The position numbers and the translations under genes were made by a program. A stretch of DNA of 38,654 nt from an uncultured Mycoplasmatota bacterium (GTDB taxonomy: Bacteria; Bacillota_I; Bacilli_A; RF39; UBA660), in the NCBI GenBank assembly GCA_947650775.1, contig CANSWQ010000002.1, forward strand, positions 1 through 38,654, read 5' to 3'. The notes below the pieces were generated by a model. That model was not told where the DNA came from. It saw only the letters and a list, made by a program, of their open reading frames with translations, and ran no database searches. This document shows positions 17,519 to 27,788 of the stretch, one piece after another (the stretch's first letter is position 1; every line of letters begins with the position of its first letter).

Positions 17519-18420
17519 TGAAGTTAACTAAAACAAGAGAAAAACTAATTGAAATGTATATAAGTGCATTGAACGAAAATGAAATCCCTTGGGAGCAACA
17601 ATGGCATAATGGAATAAATAAAAATGGGATAACTAATAGAGAATATAATGGTATAAACCAACTTATATTATCATTTACATCCTATTTTGAGAAATACACA
17701 GATTCAAGATGGCTAACATACTTGCAAATAAAAAACAATGGCTATAAATTAGCAGATGGTAAAGGGAAAGGTGTGCCAGTAGAGTTTTGGAGTGTTTATG
17801 ATAAAAAGAATAAGAAGAATATAAGCTATGAAGACTATGAAGATATAATAAAATTATGCCCTGATTTAAAAGAAAATTTTGTAATTTATAACAAGACAGT
17901 TAATGTATTTAATGGAGATTTAATTGTTGGTTTACCAAAGGAAACTTTGAATAATAAAAAAATAGAACCTTCGCATTATATTTCCAATTTAATTAAGAAA
18001 ATGGATGTTAAATATTCTGAAAAAGGGAACAAAGCACTTTATAGACCTAGAACAGATGAAATAGTTTTGCCACCTAGTCATCTTTTTTTTGATAAATATT
18101 CATATTATGCAACACAACTCCATGAACTATGCCATGCTACAGGAAATAAAAAAAGATTAAATAGAGATTTTAGTAATGACGAGGAAAACTATGCCCGAGA
18201 AGAACTTGTTGCTGAAATTAGTTCTTCTTTTCTTATGCCAAAAATTAATATTGATGTAAAAGCAGTTCACTATGATAACCACAAAAGGTATATTCAGTAT
18301 TGGATTAAGATTCTAAAAGAACAGCCAGCAGAGCTGTTTAAAGCAATAAATGAAGCAAAGAAAGTTTGCGATTATATTGATAATATAACTAAATCAAAAA
18401 CAAAAAAATATGAAAGATAA
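17518..18420 (+). CDS. ardC: ArdC-like antirestriction protein (ssDNA-binding N-domain + zincin metalloprotease)
   Basis: N-terminal IPWEQQW...EYNGINQLILS and C-terminal HExxH (ATQLHELCHATG). Confidence 0.8.
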   Translation: MKLTKTREKLIEMYISALNENEIPWEQQWHNGINKNGITNREYNGINQLILSFTSYFEKYTDSRWLTYLQIKNNGYKLADGKGKGVPVEFWSVYDKKNKKNISYEDYEDIIKLCPDLKENFVIYNKTVNVFNGDLIVGLPKETLNNKKIEPSHYISNLIKKMDVKYSEKGNKALYRPRTDEIVLPPSHLFFDKYSYYATQLHELCHATGNKKRLNRDFSNDEENYAREELVAEISSSFLMPKINIDVKAVHYDNHKRYIQYWIKILKEQPAELFKAINEAKKVCDYIDNITKSKTKKYER

Positions 18421-18438
18421 TAAAGGAGAAAGAAAAAA

Positions 18439-18951
18439 ATGAAAACATTATATGAAGATTTTAGTAAGTTAAAATTAAAGGATATGAGTAAAAGTATAAG
18501 TGATATGACTTATAAATATATAAATCCTGATACACAAGCACCAACTAAAGTGCCAGCATCTCATTATGAAGGAATATTAGACCAAATAGCTGAAAAGTAT
18601 ATTAGTGCTGCAACAAATAGTCAATTTCTTTCAATAATGTATAATCAGTTAAACTCTCTAAAAAAGGAAGATGAAAAATATTTTTATCAAGCGCTGGTAT
18701 GTATGGATTTAGGTCTTAACCCTAAAGATCTAAGAATAAATGAACAAGTTGCTATAGAGTATATTGTAGAATATATAGCAAATAAAAGAGAAACCGAAAA
18801 GAAATACTTTCATTTTTTAGATGAACGTATTGTAAATGCTTTTAGAGAGGCTAGAGATAATCAAGATTTACAAGCTTCTGCCGTAAGAAACAGCAATTAT
18901 TATGAGACCAAAGATAATAAACCAAATAATAATAGACATTATGAAAGATAA
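18439..18951 (+). CDS. Hypothetical protein (170 aa)
   Basis: SD aaaggaga upstream, operon context. Confidence 0.6.
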   Translation: MKTLYEDFSKLKLKDMSKSISDMTYKYINPDTQAPTKVPASHYEGILDQIAEKYISAATNSQFLSIMYNQLNSLKKEDEKYFYQALVCMDLGLNPKDLRINEQVAIEYIVEYIANKRETEKKYFHFLDERIVNAFREARDNQDLQASAVRNSNYYETKDNKPNNNRHYER

Positions 18952-18965
18952 GAAAGGAACAATTT

Positions 18966-19259
18966 ATGGATAATAAAGCATTAAAATTAATCAAAGATTA
19001 TGATAAGCCTTCAATAACAATGGCACTTATGTTAATTATGGAACTAGGAAAAACAGAAATAATAAATAAAGATTCAAAAGAATTATTTGATTCTTTAAAA
19101 AAAAGTACTAGTAATTTTCTTTCAGATAACTATAGAGAAAATATTATAGATGTAGCTAAAAAAATTGCTAATCTTAATAGTAATCAATTTAGAGATATAA
19201 TGAATTATACAATGATTAATGAAACTAATAAAAAACATGTTAAAGAAAGGGTAAAATAA
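18966..19259 (+). CDS. Hypothetical protein (97 aa)
   Basis: SD gaaagga upstream, operon context. Confidence 0.55.
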   Translation: MDNKALKLIKDYDKPSITMALMLIMELGKTEIINKDSKELFDSLKKSTSNFLSDNYRENIIDVAKKIANLNSNQFRDIMNYTMINETNKKHVKERVK

Positions 19260-19260
19260 T

Positions 19261-19629
19261 ATGGAAGTTAAAGTTAATCAAGAAATACGTAATTATAAAG
19301 AGCATATATTTTTTGGGCTGTCTTTTAGACAGCTCCTTTTTTCTATACTAGCATGTATAACATCAGTATTTGCTTACTTTTTATTAAAAGATAAAATAGG
19401 TTTAGAAGCAGCATCTTGGGTTTGTATTTTTTCTGCACTACCATTTATCATAATGGGATATATAACTTATAATGATATGCCAGCCGAAAAGTTTATATGG
19501 TGTTGGATTAAATCACAAATTCTTATTCCAAAACACTTGGAATACAAACCTATAAATTTTTACTATGAACTTATGAAAGAGGGAGATATAAGTAATGAAA
19601 AAACTAAGAGAATTAAAATTAAAAGATAA
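19261..19629 (+). CDS. PrgI/VirB3-like small membrane protein
   Basis: Two TM helices, immediately upstream of and overlapping virB4. Confidence 0.6.
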   Translation: MEVKVNQEIRNYKEHIFFGLSFRQLLFSILACITSVFAYFLLKDKIGLEAASWVCIFSALPFIIMGYITYNDMPAEKFIWCWIKSQILIPKHLEYKPINFYYELMKEGDISNEKTKRIKIKR

Positions 19630-21925
19630 AGAATCATTTAAAATACCAAAAAATATTCAAGATATAATTCCAATTAGTAGAATATATGAAGATGGAATAT
19701 TTTTACATGATAATAATAAATATTCAAAATGTTTTGCTTTTACTGATATAAATTATTCAGTTGCGTGTTTAGATGATAAAAAAGAAATGTTTCTTAATTA
19801 TTCTGAGCTTTTAAATTCTTTAGATTCAGGAGCTACAACAAAAATAACAATGTCTAATAGAAGATTAAATAAAAATGATTTTAAAAATAATATATTAATT
19901 TCATTAGAAGATAACTATCTGGATCAATATAGAAAAGAGTATAATAATAACATACTAAATCAAATTAATCAAAGTAATGGTTTTATTCAAGAAAAATATA
20001 TTACAATTTCTATAAATAAAAAGAACATAGAAGAAGCAAGAAATTATTTTAATAGAGTAAGTGCTGATTTATTTAATTACTTTAATAAAATGGGTTCTAA
20101 ATGTAAAGAACTATCTACTAATGAAAGATTAGAGATAATTCATAATTTTTATAGAGAGAATGATAAAAATATATTTAACTTTAATTTAAAAGAAGATATG
20201 AAAAGAGGTCAAAGCTTTAAAGACTACATTTGCCCTGATATATTAGAACATGATAAAGATTACTTTAAATTAGGAGATAAGTTCGGAAGAACCTTATATT
20301 TAAAGAATTATGCAACATATTTAAAAGATTCATTTTTAGCAGAGCTAACCGAATTAAATCGTAATATAATGTTAAGTGTAGATATAATTCCAGTTCCAAC
20401 AGAACAAGCTATTCAAGAAGTTGAAAATAGAAGATTGGGAGTGGAAACAAATATAACCAACTGGCAAAGAAGACAAAATGCTAATAATAATTTTAGTGCA
20501 GTAATTCCTTATGATCTTGAACAACAACGTAATGAAAGTAAAGAATTTCTTGATGATTTAACTTTAAGAGATCAAAAGATGTTTTTAACTACATTAACTA
20601 TGACTCATATTGCTGATACTAAAGAGCAACTAGACAATGACACAGATAGTTTAATTTCTTCAGCTAGGAAACACTTATGTCAATTAGCAATACTAAAGTA
20701 CCAACAAATAGATGGATTAAATACATCACTTCCTTATGGAGTTAGATGTATAGATAGTCTAAGAACTCTAACTACAGAATCTCTATCAGTTTTAATGCCT
20801 TTTCGTTCTCAAGAGATAAATCATGAAGGAGGAATATTTTATGGTAGAAATGTTATTAGTAAAAATATGATTATTGCTGATAGAACAAAGTTATTAAATG
20901 GTAATAGTTTTATATTAGGTGTTTCAGGTTCTGGTAAATCATTTATTGCTAAAAGTGAAATAGCTGCAACAATATTAAAAAATAAAAATGCAGATGTTAT
21001 TGTTCTTGATCCAGAACGTGAGTACTCAGAACTAGTCAAAACATTAGGTGGAGAAGTTATTAATATATCGGCCACAAGCAATAATCATATAAATGCGTTA
21101 GATTTAGATGAGAATTATGGTGATGGTGAGAATCCAATAATATTAAAATCAGAATTTATATTATCACTATGTGAACAATTAATGGGTGAAAGAAATTTAG
21201 GAGCGATTCAAAAATCTATAATAGATAGGTGTGTATCTTTAACATATAGACACTATCAACAAGGTAATTACAAAGGACTAGCACCAACACTATTAGATTT
21301 TAAAAATGAACTAGATAAGCAACCAGAACCTGAAGCTAAAGAGATATCTTTAGCATTGGAACTATTTACAACTGGTAGCTTAAATACTTTTGCTAAAGAA
21401 ACAAATGTTGATACTAATAACAGATTTATTTGCTATGATATCAAAGATCTTAGTAAACAATTAAGACCATTAGGAATGTTAGTAGTACTTGATAGTATAT
21501 TAAATAGAATTAGTAAAAATAGAAAACTTGGGAGATCAACTTTTTTATTTGTAGATGAAATATATTTAATGTTTAAAAATGAGTATTCTGCTAACTTCTT
21601 TTTTGAACTATGGAAACGAATCCGAAAGTATGGAGGAGCAGCCACAGGAATCACTCAAAATGTTGAGGATGTTTTACAAAATTCTACAGCTAGAGCTATG
21701 CTATCAAATAGTGAATTTATAATAATGTTAAATCAAGCAAGTACAGATAGAGTAGAATTGGCAAACTTGCTTAATATATCAGATTTACAATTAGGATATA
21801 TAACAAATGTAAATGCAGGAAGGGGTTTAATAAAAATAGGTGATGCTTTAGTTCCTTTTGAGAATGATTTTCCTAAAAATACTCAATTATATAAACTCAT
21901 GTCTACTAAGCCTAATGAGGCATAG
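19595..21925 (+). CDS. virB4: VirB4-family conjugation ATPase
   Basis: 776 aa. Walker A GVSGSGKSF and Walker B LFVDEIY. N-terminal IQDIIPISRIYEDGIF is typical of Gram-positive VirB4 proteins. Confidence 0.93.
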   Translation: MKKLRELKLKDKESFKIPKNIQDIIPISRIYEDGIFLHDNNKYSKCFAFTDINYSVACLDDKKEMFLNYSELLNSLDSGATTKITMSNRRLNKNDFKNNILISLEDNYLDQYRKEYNNNILNQINQSNGFIQEKYITISINKKNIEEARNYFNRVSADLFNYFNKMGSKCKELSTNERLEIIHNFYRENDKNIFNFNLKEDMKRGQSFKDYICPDILEHDKDYFKLGDKFGRTLYLKNYATYLKDSFLAELTELNRNIMLSVDIIPVPTEQAIQEVENRRLGVETNITNWQRRQNANNNFSAVIPYDLEQQRNESKEFLDDLTLRDQKMFLTTLTMTHIADTKEQLDNDTDSLISSARKHLCQLAILKYQQIDGLNTSLPYGVRCIDSLRTLTTESLSVLMPFRSQEINHEGGIFYGRNVISKNMIIADRTKLLNGNSFILGVSGSGKSFIAKSEIAATILKNKNADVIVLDPEREYSELVKTLGGEVINISATSNNHINALDLDENYGDGENPIILKSEFILSLCEQLMGERNLGAIQKSIIDRCVSLTYRHYQQGNYKGLAPTLLDFKNELDKQPEPEAKEISLALELFTTGSLNTFAKETNVDTNNRFICYDIKDLSKQLRPLGMLVVLDSILNRISKNRKLGRSTFLFVDEIYLMFKNEYSANFFFELWKRIRKYGGAATGITQNVEDVLQNSTARAMLSNSEFIIMLNQASTDRVELANLLNISDLQLGYITNVNAGRGLIKIGDALVPFENDFPKNTQLYKLMSTKPNEA

Positions 21926-23311
21926 ATGAAAGATATAAAAGTAAAAAATAAAAGTATTAAGATAACAAATAAATCTTCTATTTTATATAATAAAGCTAAA
22001 TCATCTGTAGAATCATTAAATAGAAAAACAGATAAGTTTGATTCACAAAATTATAGTGAAGAAGATTCAATTAATCCGACAAAAAAGTTAATAAAATCAA
22101 CTTTCAACACTAATTTTAAATTAATTAAAAAAACAACTCTACCAATAACTAAAAAATTAAAAGAAAAACAAAAATTAAGAATGATGCGAAAAGCAGCTAA
22201 AAATAATGCTAAGAGAGCACGGCAAGCAGCTAAAGAAACTAGAAAAACTTTTTATATAACTTATAAAGTTGTAAAAAAAATAGTGCCATTATTTATAAAC
22301 CTTATTTTTAAAGTAATAGCGTTATTGCTTAGTTTTGGGATATATGCTATACTAATAATCGTTGCAATTATGATAGCAGCTGTCATATTAGGTTCATACC
22401 AAGGAATATTATTTACTAGTGAAGATATTTCTGATACTAAAATGAAAGATGTAATTAAATCTTTAAATAGTGAAATGGCAAATAGAATAAATGAAATCAA
22501 AAGTAATAATGAGTATGATGAATATAAGATTATATCTAATAAAGCTGATTGGAAAGAAGTTTTAGCGATATATTCAGTAAAAGTATCCAATAATAATCAA
22601 AATGAAGTTATAACATTAGATGAGAATAAAATTAATGAATTAAAAGGGATATTTTGGACTGCAAACTCAATTCGTTATGAAATTTTAGAAGAAAATCTTT
22701 CTGAAGAATATGATGCTGAACTAATAGAAAACAAAAATGTATTATATGTATATATTGATAGTAAACCAGCCGGAGAAATGATGAATATATATCATTTTAA
22801 TGAAAACCAAAGAAAGCAAATGGAAGATTTACTAAGTGGATATTATGATGATTTATGGTTATCTGTAATTTATGGTACACCAATAGAAAACTCTAATGAT
22901 GTTGTAACTATAGCATTATCTCAAGTAGGACAAGTAGGTGGCGAACCATATTGGCGATGGTATGGTTTTGATTCACGAGTAGAGTGGTGCGCTATATTTG
23001 TAAGCTGGGTAATGAATCAAGCTGGAGTAGATGAATCAATAATGCCTAAATTTGCTGTTGTTAGCACAGGAGCAAACTGGTTTAAAGCTATTGGATCATG
23101 GCATGGTAAAGAATATAAACCTAAACCTGGAGATATAATATTCTTTGATTGGGAGAACGATGGTAGAATTAATCATGTAGGAATCGTTGAATATAGTGAT
23201 GATGAATATGTATATACAATAGAAGGCAATTCTAATGGAGATACTTGTCGCCAAAAGCAATATTCTCTTAGTAACAATGTTATTTATGGTTATGGAAGTC
23301 TTTACCAATAA
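21926..23311 (+). CDS. Membrane-anchored CHAP/NlpC-P60-type peptidoglycan hydrolase (VirB1 functional analogue)
   Basis: Central TM region. C-terminal catalytic Cys context RVEWCAIFVSWV and His context GRINHVGIVEY. Confidence 0.88.
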   Translation: MKDIKVKNKSIKITNKSSILYNKAKSSVESLNRKTDKFDSQNYSEEDSINPTKKLIKSTFNTNFKLIKKTTLPITKKLKEKQKLRMMRKAAKNNAKRARQAAKETRKTFYITYKVVKKIVPLFINLIFKVIALLLSFGIYAILIIVAIMIAAVILGSYQGILFTSEDISDTKMKDVIKSLNSEMANRINEIKSNNEYDEYKIISNKADWKEVLAIYSVKVSNNNQNEVITLDENKINELKGIFWTANSIRYEILEENLSEEYDAELIENKNVLYVYIDSKPAGEMMNIYHFNENQRKQMEDLLSGYYDDLWLSVIYGTPIENSNDVVTIALSQVGQVGGEPYWRWYGFDSRVEWCAIFVSWVMNQAGVDESIMPKFAVVSTGANWFKAIGSWHGKEYKPKPGDIIFFDWENDGRINHVGIVEYSDDEYVYTIEGNSNGDTCRQKQYSLSNNVIYGYGSLYQ

Positions 23312-23314
23312 AAA

Positions 23315-23333
23315 AGCAAGGCTTAACCTTGCT
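23315..23333 (-). terminator. Terminator between convergent genes
   Basis: agcaagg-cttaa-ccttgct. On the minus strand the hairpin is followed by TTTTT. Confidence 0.6.
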
Positions 23334-23341
23334 ATTACATA

Positions 23342-23794
23342 TTAATATAAATCTTTTAAATATTTTAGTTTACTTCTTCCTAAAACATAATCCATAGATA
23401 TTCCAGATTTTTTGCAAGCAAATACTAATATCCATGTAGATACAATATAAAGTCCAGCTTCATAATTTGCCCATCTGGAATTATTTATACCAATTGCTTT
23501 TTCTATATCTCTTAAGGAAAAATTTAACTCAACTCTAATTTCACGTAAATGAACAGCTATCTCTTTTAAATCTAATTTGCTTTTGCCTTTTCTATTAATC
23601 TTCATATTAGTAAGTCCAACCAAATAATCAGTGTTAATCTCATAAAAATCAGCTAGTTCAACAAGTCTTCTTATAGGAATATTGTTATTATTTTCCCATT
23701 GATTATAAGTTGACTTATGCACACCAATTATTTCAGCTATGTCTTTTTGCAAATAGTTTTTGCTTTCTCTTAATTCTTTTAATCTTAATTGCAT
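23342..23794 (-). CDS. Regulator with two XRE-type HTH domains
   Basis: Two HTH_3-like halves, each ending in DY(L/V)(V/L)G(L/R). Start placed at MQLRLKEL, 6 nt after SD aggtggg. Confidence 0.8.
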   Translation of the reverse strand: MQLRLKELRESKNYLQKDIAEIIGVHKSTYNQWENNNNIPIRRLVELADFYEINTDYLVGLTNMKINRKGKSKLDLKEIAVHLREIRVELNFSLRDIEKAIGINNSRWANYEAGLYIVSTWILVFACKKSGISMDYVLGRSKLKYLKDLY

Positions 23795-23906
23795 AATTAC
23801 CCACCTATACAAAATATTCTCTCACTTTACACAATAAAAAGCTTTATAGTATGATATATATGAGCACTCGTGGTATAATATTTACAGAAAGGAGGATAGA
23901 AATATA

Positions 23907-24257
23907 ATGAAAAAATATATTTTAGTTGAAGAAGGCGATGAATTAATAGTTGTAAATTCCAAAACTAATCTAGGAACTTTAAGAATTGAATTAGAAGGAG
24001 AAAGATTGCATGTAGATACAACATATGCAGAAAGTAATGAATATTATATAATAAAGAGCATTAATCAAGATGATTTTTTATGTTATGAAGCACTAGACAA
24101 CCTAGAGCAGAGAATAATAAAATTGAAACTTCCTGAAGAAATAAGAAAAAAATATTTAGATGTTTATAATTATATAGAAAAAAAAGCCAATCCAACGGCT
24201 GGTATTGACTACAAAGGAGAAAAAACTTTTCAGTATATAATAAATTGTAAAAAATAA
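23907..24257 (+). CDS. Hypothetical protein (116 aa) between the two double-HTH regulators
   Basis: SD aaggagga upstream and extended -10 tggtataat at 23869..23877. Confidence 0.6.
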   Translation: MKKYILVEEGDELIVVNSKTNLGTLRIELEGERLHVDTTYAESNEYYIIKSINQDDFLCYEALDNLEQRIIKLKLPEEIRKKYLDVYNYIEKKANPTAGIDYKGEKTFQYIINCKK

Positions 24258-24267
24258 GAAAGTATTG

Positions 24268-24738
24268 CTACTTTCTTAACTCATATTTGCTGCTAGATCT
24301 TCCAAGTAAATAGTCAATAGAAACATTATACTTTTTTGCTAAATCATAACAAACTGAAGTAGAAATCAATTTTTCGCAAGATTCATAGTAATATATTAAT
24401 GCTTCAGAAACATTCAAACTACTAGCTAATTCAGCAACAGACAGATTATTAACATGCCTAATTTCTAATAATCTATCACTGATTATGCTTCTATTAATTT
24501 CTATAGGTTTAACATCAATTTTTGTATCTGTTAATCCCAATAAATAGTCAATGTTAATACCATAGAAATTAGATAATGGAATAAGTCTTTTTAACGGAAT
24601 AATTCTTTTATAATGTTCATATTCACAATAAGCATTTCTACAAATATCAAGTGTTCTAGCAATGTCAGTTTGCTTATAACCATAATAAATACGAATATCC
24701 TTTAATCTAGCAGAAATACTTTTAACTTCTGCTTCCAT
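24268..24738 (-). CDS. Regulator with two XRE-type HTH domains (paralogue of 23342..23794)
   Basis: Same two-HTH architecture (..NFYGINIDYLLGLTD.. and ..KYNVSIDYLLGRS..). Start placed at MEAEVKS after SD ggag. Confidence 0.78.
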   Translation of the reverse strand: MEAEVKSISARLKDIRIYYGYKQTDIARTLDICRNAYCEYEHYKRIIPLKRLIPLSNFYGINIDYLLGLTDTKIDVKPIEINRSIISDRLLEIRHVNNLSVAELASSLNVSEALIYYYESCEKLISTSVCYDLAKKYNVSIDYLLGRSSSKYELRK

Positions 24739-25075
24739 AAAACACTCCATTATTGATTTTACAATTTTTTACATTTATATAATTAAAATGTAATGCAATA
24801 GTTGAATAAACGTGTTAATATATTAATTAGGAGAAAAACTTATATATAAATTAATCTCAAAAATACTCTTTGAAAGTTCTCGTTTATATTTTTCTCCTAA
24901 ACACTATCTACTTTGTTGTAGATAATAACATACAGAAAAGAAGCAAATATAAAATTAATTTTGCTTCTTTTTAATTTTATCAAAAATATACCAAATTAAC
25001 ATAGGGCTAATTTAGGACATATATATATGTTTTTTTTTATATAAATATGTTAGAATATATCAAAGGTGAGATTAT

Positions 25076-26143
25076 ATGGATAGAAAAGAGATTGGTAAGT
25101 TTATACGTGAATTGCGTAAAGAAAAAAATTTAAGTCAGTATGAATTAGCAGATATTATTCATATTAGTAGAGAGTCAATTTCAAAATGGGAGCGAGGAAT
25201 AGGGAAACCAGATAAAAATTGTATACAGCAATTAAGCAAAATATTCGGAGTTTCAACCGATGAGTTAATATTAGGAAGAAAAATAGAAAATAAGTTTGAA
25301 TCTGAGACATTATCATTAAACTTATATGATAAAATGAACAAACAAAAGAAAATAATTTTAATAACTCAGTTAATTATAGTTATTATATCACTATTATTTT
25401 TTATGTATTATTTTATAACTAATTATAATTCCATACATGCATATACAATTAGTTACTCAGACAAAAATTATACTATTGACAATGGTATTTTTATAATTAC
25501 AAAAGAAAAAATATATTTTAATTTAGGAAATATAAAATCAAATAGTGAAATAAAATATCTAAAATTGTATTATAAAGATAATAAAAAAGAAAACTTAATT
25601 TATAGGACTGATGATGTAAATATTGTATTATATGATTACTATGGATATAATAATTTTTTTGATTATAATAAAATGAATACTATTTTAGAAAATCTTTATT
25701 TAGATATAGAATTAGAGAATGGCATTCAGACAATTAAATTATCTGTTGATAAATATTTCTCAAATGATAAAATCAAATATGATAAAGAAAATGAAGTTAT
25801 AAAAACACCAAATATAGATAAAAATAAAATAAATCTTAATAGTATAAAAGAAAAGTTTAAAGAAGAAGATGGTGTATATACATATATTAATGATAATCTT
25901 GAAATCATTTACTTTGAAGATTTAAAGATAATAAATATTCATATAAAAAATAAAGAAAATATTGAAGAATGGAATTACTACATTACACAAGATATGTTAA
26001 GTTATACAGAATATATAAAAGATAATATAAAAAATTCGTTTGATTTCTCAGATAATAATTATAAATGTCTGATTGATACATGTTCAAATGAAAAAGCAAA
26101 AGTTGACTATTTTTATGATTTATTATACAAAATTTTAGTATAA
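25076..26143 (+). CDS. Membrane-tethered XRE-HTH protein (HTH + single TM + ~230-aa extracytoplasmic domain)
   Basis: N-terminal LSQYELADIIHISRESISKWERG and TM segment ILITQLIIVIISLLFFMYYFI. Confidence 0.75.
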   Translation: MDRKEIGKFIRELRKEKNLSQYELADIIHISRESISKWERGIGKPDKNCIQQLSKIFGVSTDELILGRKIENKFESETLSLNLYDKMNKQKKIILITQLIIVIISLLFFMYYFITNYNSIHAYTISYSDKNYTIDNGIFIITKEKIYFNLGNIKSNSEIKYLKLYYKDNKKENLIYRTDDVNIVLYDYYGYNNFFDYNKMNTILENLYLDIELENGIQTIKLSVDKYFSNDKIKYDKENEVIKTPNIDKNKINLNSIKEKFKEEDGVYTYINDNLEIIYFEDLKIINIHIKNKENIEEWNYYITQDMLSYTEYIKDNIKNSFDFSDNNYKCLIDTCSNEKAKVDYFYDLLYKILV

Positions 26144-26225
26144 AAAAATGGTAGGGCTGAAAGTGGTCCTACCATTTTTATAAAAAATATGTTATCTTTA
26201 AATTAAGAAAGGAGGAAAATATATC

Positions 26226-26936
26226 ATGAGAAAAAGATTATTTGCACTAGCCATCATAGCTATATGTACCATCTTTGTTATACCAGAAGTCAAAGCAGCA
26301 GAATTATATTACAAAAATGACAATGGAGTAATATTAACAAAAGATGAATATGACTTTTTTTCATACATGTTTTGGGAAGGAAGTCAAGAATTGATAACTA
26401 AAGAAGATTATAGTAGATTTGTTAAATCAAATATCATGTATGGAGAATTAGGAGATAGTATTTATACCGAAATGCAAACAAGGGCTACATCAATTGAAAC
26501 AAATAATAGGACATTAAAAATAGTTAAAAGTTGTAATTCAGATTGCTTAATATCAGTAACTTTAACTTGGAAAAATAATCCAACAATTAAATCCTATGAT
26601 GTAATGGGTGCATACTTAGAAAATACACAGTTAGTAAATTCTCCAAAAACTGTTATTGGTTCAACATCTTACACTGACATAAAAACGTTTAATAATGGCT
26701 TTGGTGTTTCTATGTTATTGCCTAAATATGATGCAGCGCCAGTTATCAACCAAACTTTTAGAGTTGCTAAAGGTGGTACAATATATGCAAGTTATCAGCA
26801 TTCAATGAGAAATATTTCTTTAGCAGATAGTAAAAATTATACACTATCTAAAACAGGCTATGGTGGAGTATTTAATTTTTATAGTACAGCAGCTAACACT
26901 TATGACAGAATGAATGGGGTTAGTATCAATTTATAG
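26226..26936 (+). CDS. Secreted protein of unknown function (236 aa)
   Basis: Signal peptide MRKRLFALAIIAICTIFVIPEVKA-AE and SD aaaggagga. Duplicated TK(D/E)(E/D)Y..F motif, then a beta-rich C-terminal part. Confidence 0.7.
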   Translation: MRKRLFALAIIAICTIFVIPEVKAAELYYKNDNGVILTKDEYDFFSYMFWEGSQELITKEDYSRFVKSNIMYGELGDSIYTEMQTRATSIETNNRTLKIVKSCNSDCLISVTLTWKNNPTIKSYDVMGAYLENTQLVNSPKTVIGSTSYTDIKTFNNGFGVSMLLPKYDAAPVINQTFRVAKGGTIYASYQHSMRNISLADSKNYTLSKTGYGGVFNFYSTAANTYDRMNGVSINL

Positions 26937-26975
26937 TTATTAAAAAGTAAATTTTAAAGTGAGAGGAATTTTTAT

Positions 26976-27788
26976 ATGAAAAAAATTAATAAAATGATTA
27001 TTGGAATGGCAAATTTTGCCTTATTAGGACTAGTATTGATGCCAAATGCTATGGCTGATACTATTAAATGTAGTGATTTAACAAATGAAGAATTAAAATA
27101 TATAGCAGAACAAAGTGATCCAGAAATTCTTGATTTAACTTGTTCAAATGGAACACCATTTACAGATGAGTATCTTGATTCTAGCAATAATATGCAAGAA
27201 TATATTTCATCAATAGGTGAATATTTTGAAGATCGTGTTACGCCATATTCTACACAAGTATTACAAGTTCCAGAGTACATTCAAGAAAAAAATAATTGGT
27301 GTGGACCTGCTAATATAAAACAAGTTTTGCAATATTATAATGGTAATTCAAGAACTCAAGCAGAATATGCTGATGAAACTGAAACTGATAAATATGGAAG
27401 TGCATATGTTTTTAGAGTAACAAACACTTTAAATAAATACGCACCAAGTGGAGTTCAGTATGTTCATACAATAGGTAGTACTTGGGGAGAAAATAACTTT
27501 TTCTATCTAATGTCTGCTTCAGTTATGAATAGAAAACCAGCAATATTACATGCATTAACAAAATCTTTAACTATTTATAATGGTAAAAATTTAGGACATT
27601 ATTTAACAGTTAGTGGCTATATAGATGAATGGCAATCTCAATCTATAGCTTATGTTGATACTTTTAGTTATGACTATGGAAAAGGAAATGTAGCAGGTTT
27701 CCATATAGATTCTAAAGCAAATGTATATAAAACAGTGTCAAATGGTAGTAGATATATAATACATGATAAATATACTGCAGAATTATAA
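26976..27788 (+). CDS. Secreted papain-fold cysteine peptidase, C39-like (Peptidase_C39_2-type)
   Basis: Signal peptide ..PNAMA-DT. Gln/Cys context VPEYIQEKNNWCGPANIKQVLQYY and His context GHYLTVSGYID. Confidence 0.6.
   Translation: MKKINKMIIGMANFALLGLVLMPNAMADTIKCSDLTNEELKYIAEQSDPEILDLTCSNGTPFTDEYLDSSNNMQEYISSIGEYFEDRVTPYSTQVLQVPEYIQEKNNWCGPANIKQVLQYYNGNSRTQAEYADETETDKYGSAYVFRVTNTLNKYAPSGVQYVHTIGSTWGENNFFYLMSASVMNRKPAILHALTKSLTIYNGKNLGHYLTVSGYIDEWQSQSIAYVDTFSYDYGKGNVAGFHIDSKANVYKTVSNGSRYIIHDKYTAEL

Noticed and set aside
20839-23308. Minus-strand ORFs inside virB4 and the CHAP hydrolase gene (20839..21081, 21433..21654, 22261..22590, 23096..23308)
   Set aside because: The + strand genes carry unambiguous Walker and CHAP motifs. 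The antisense ORFs are low-complexity.
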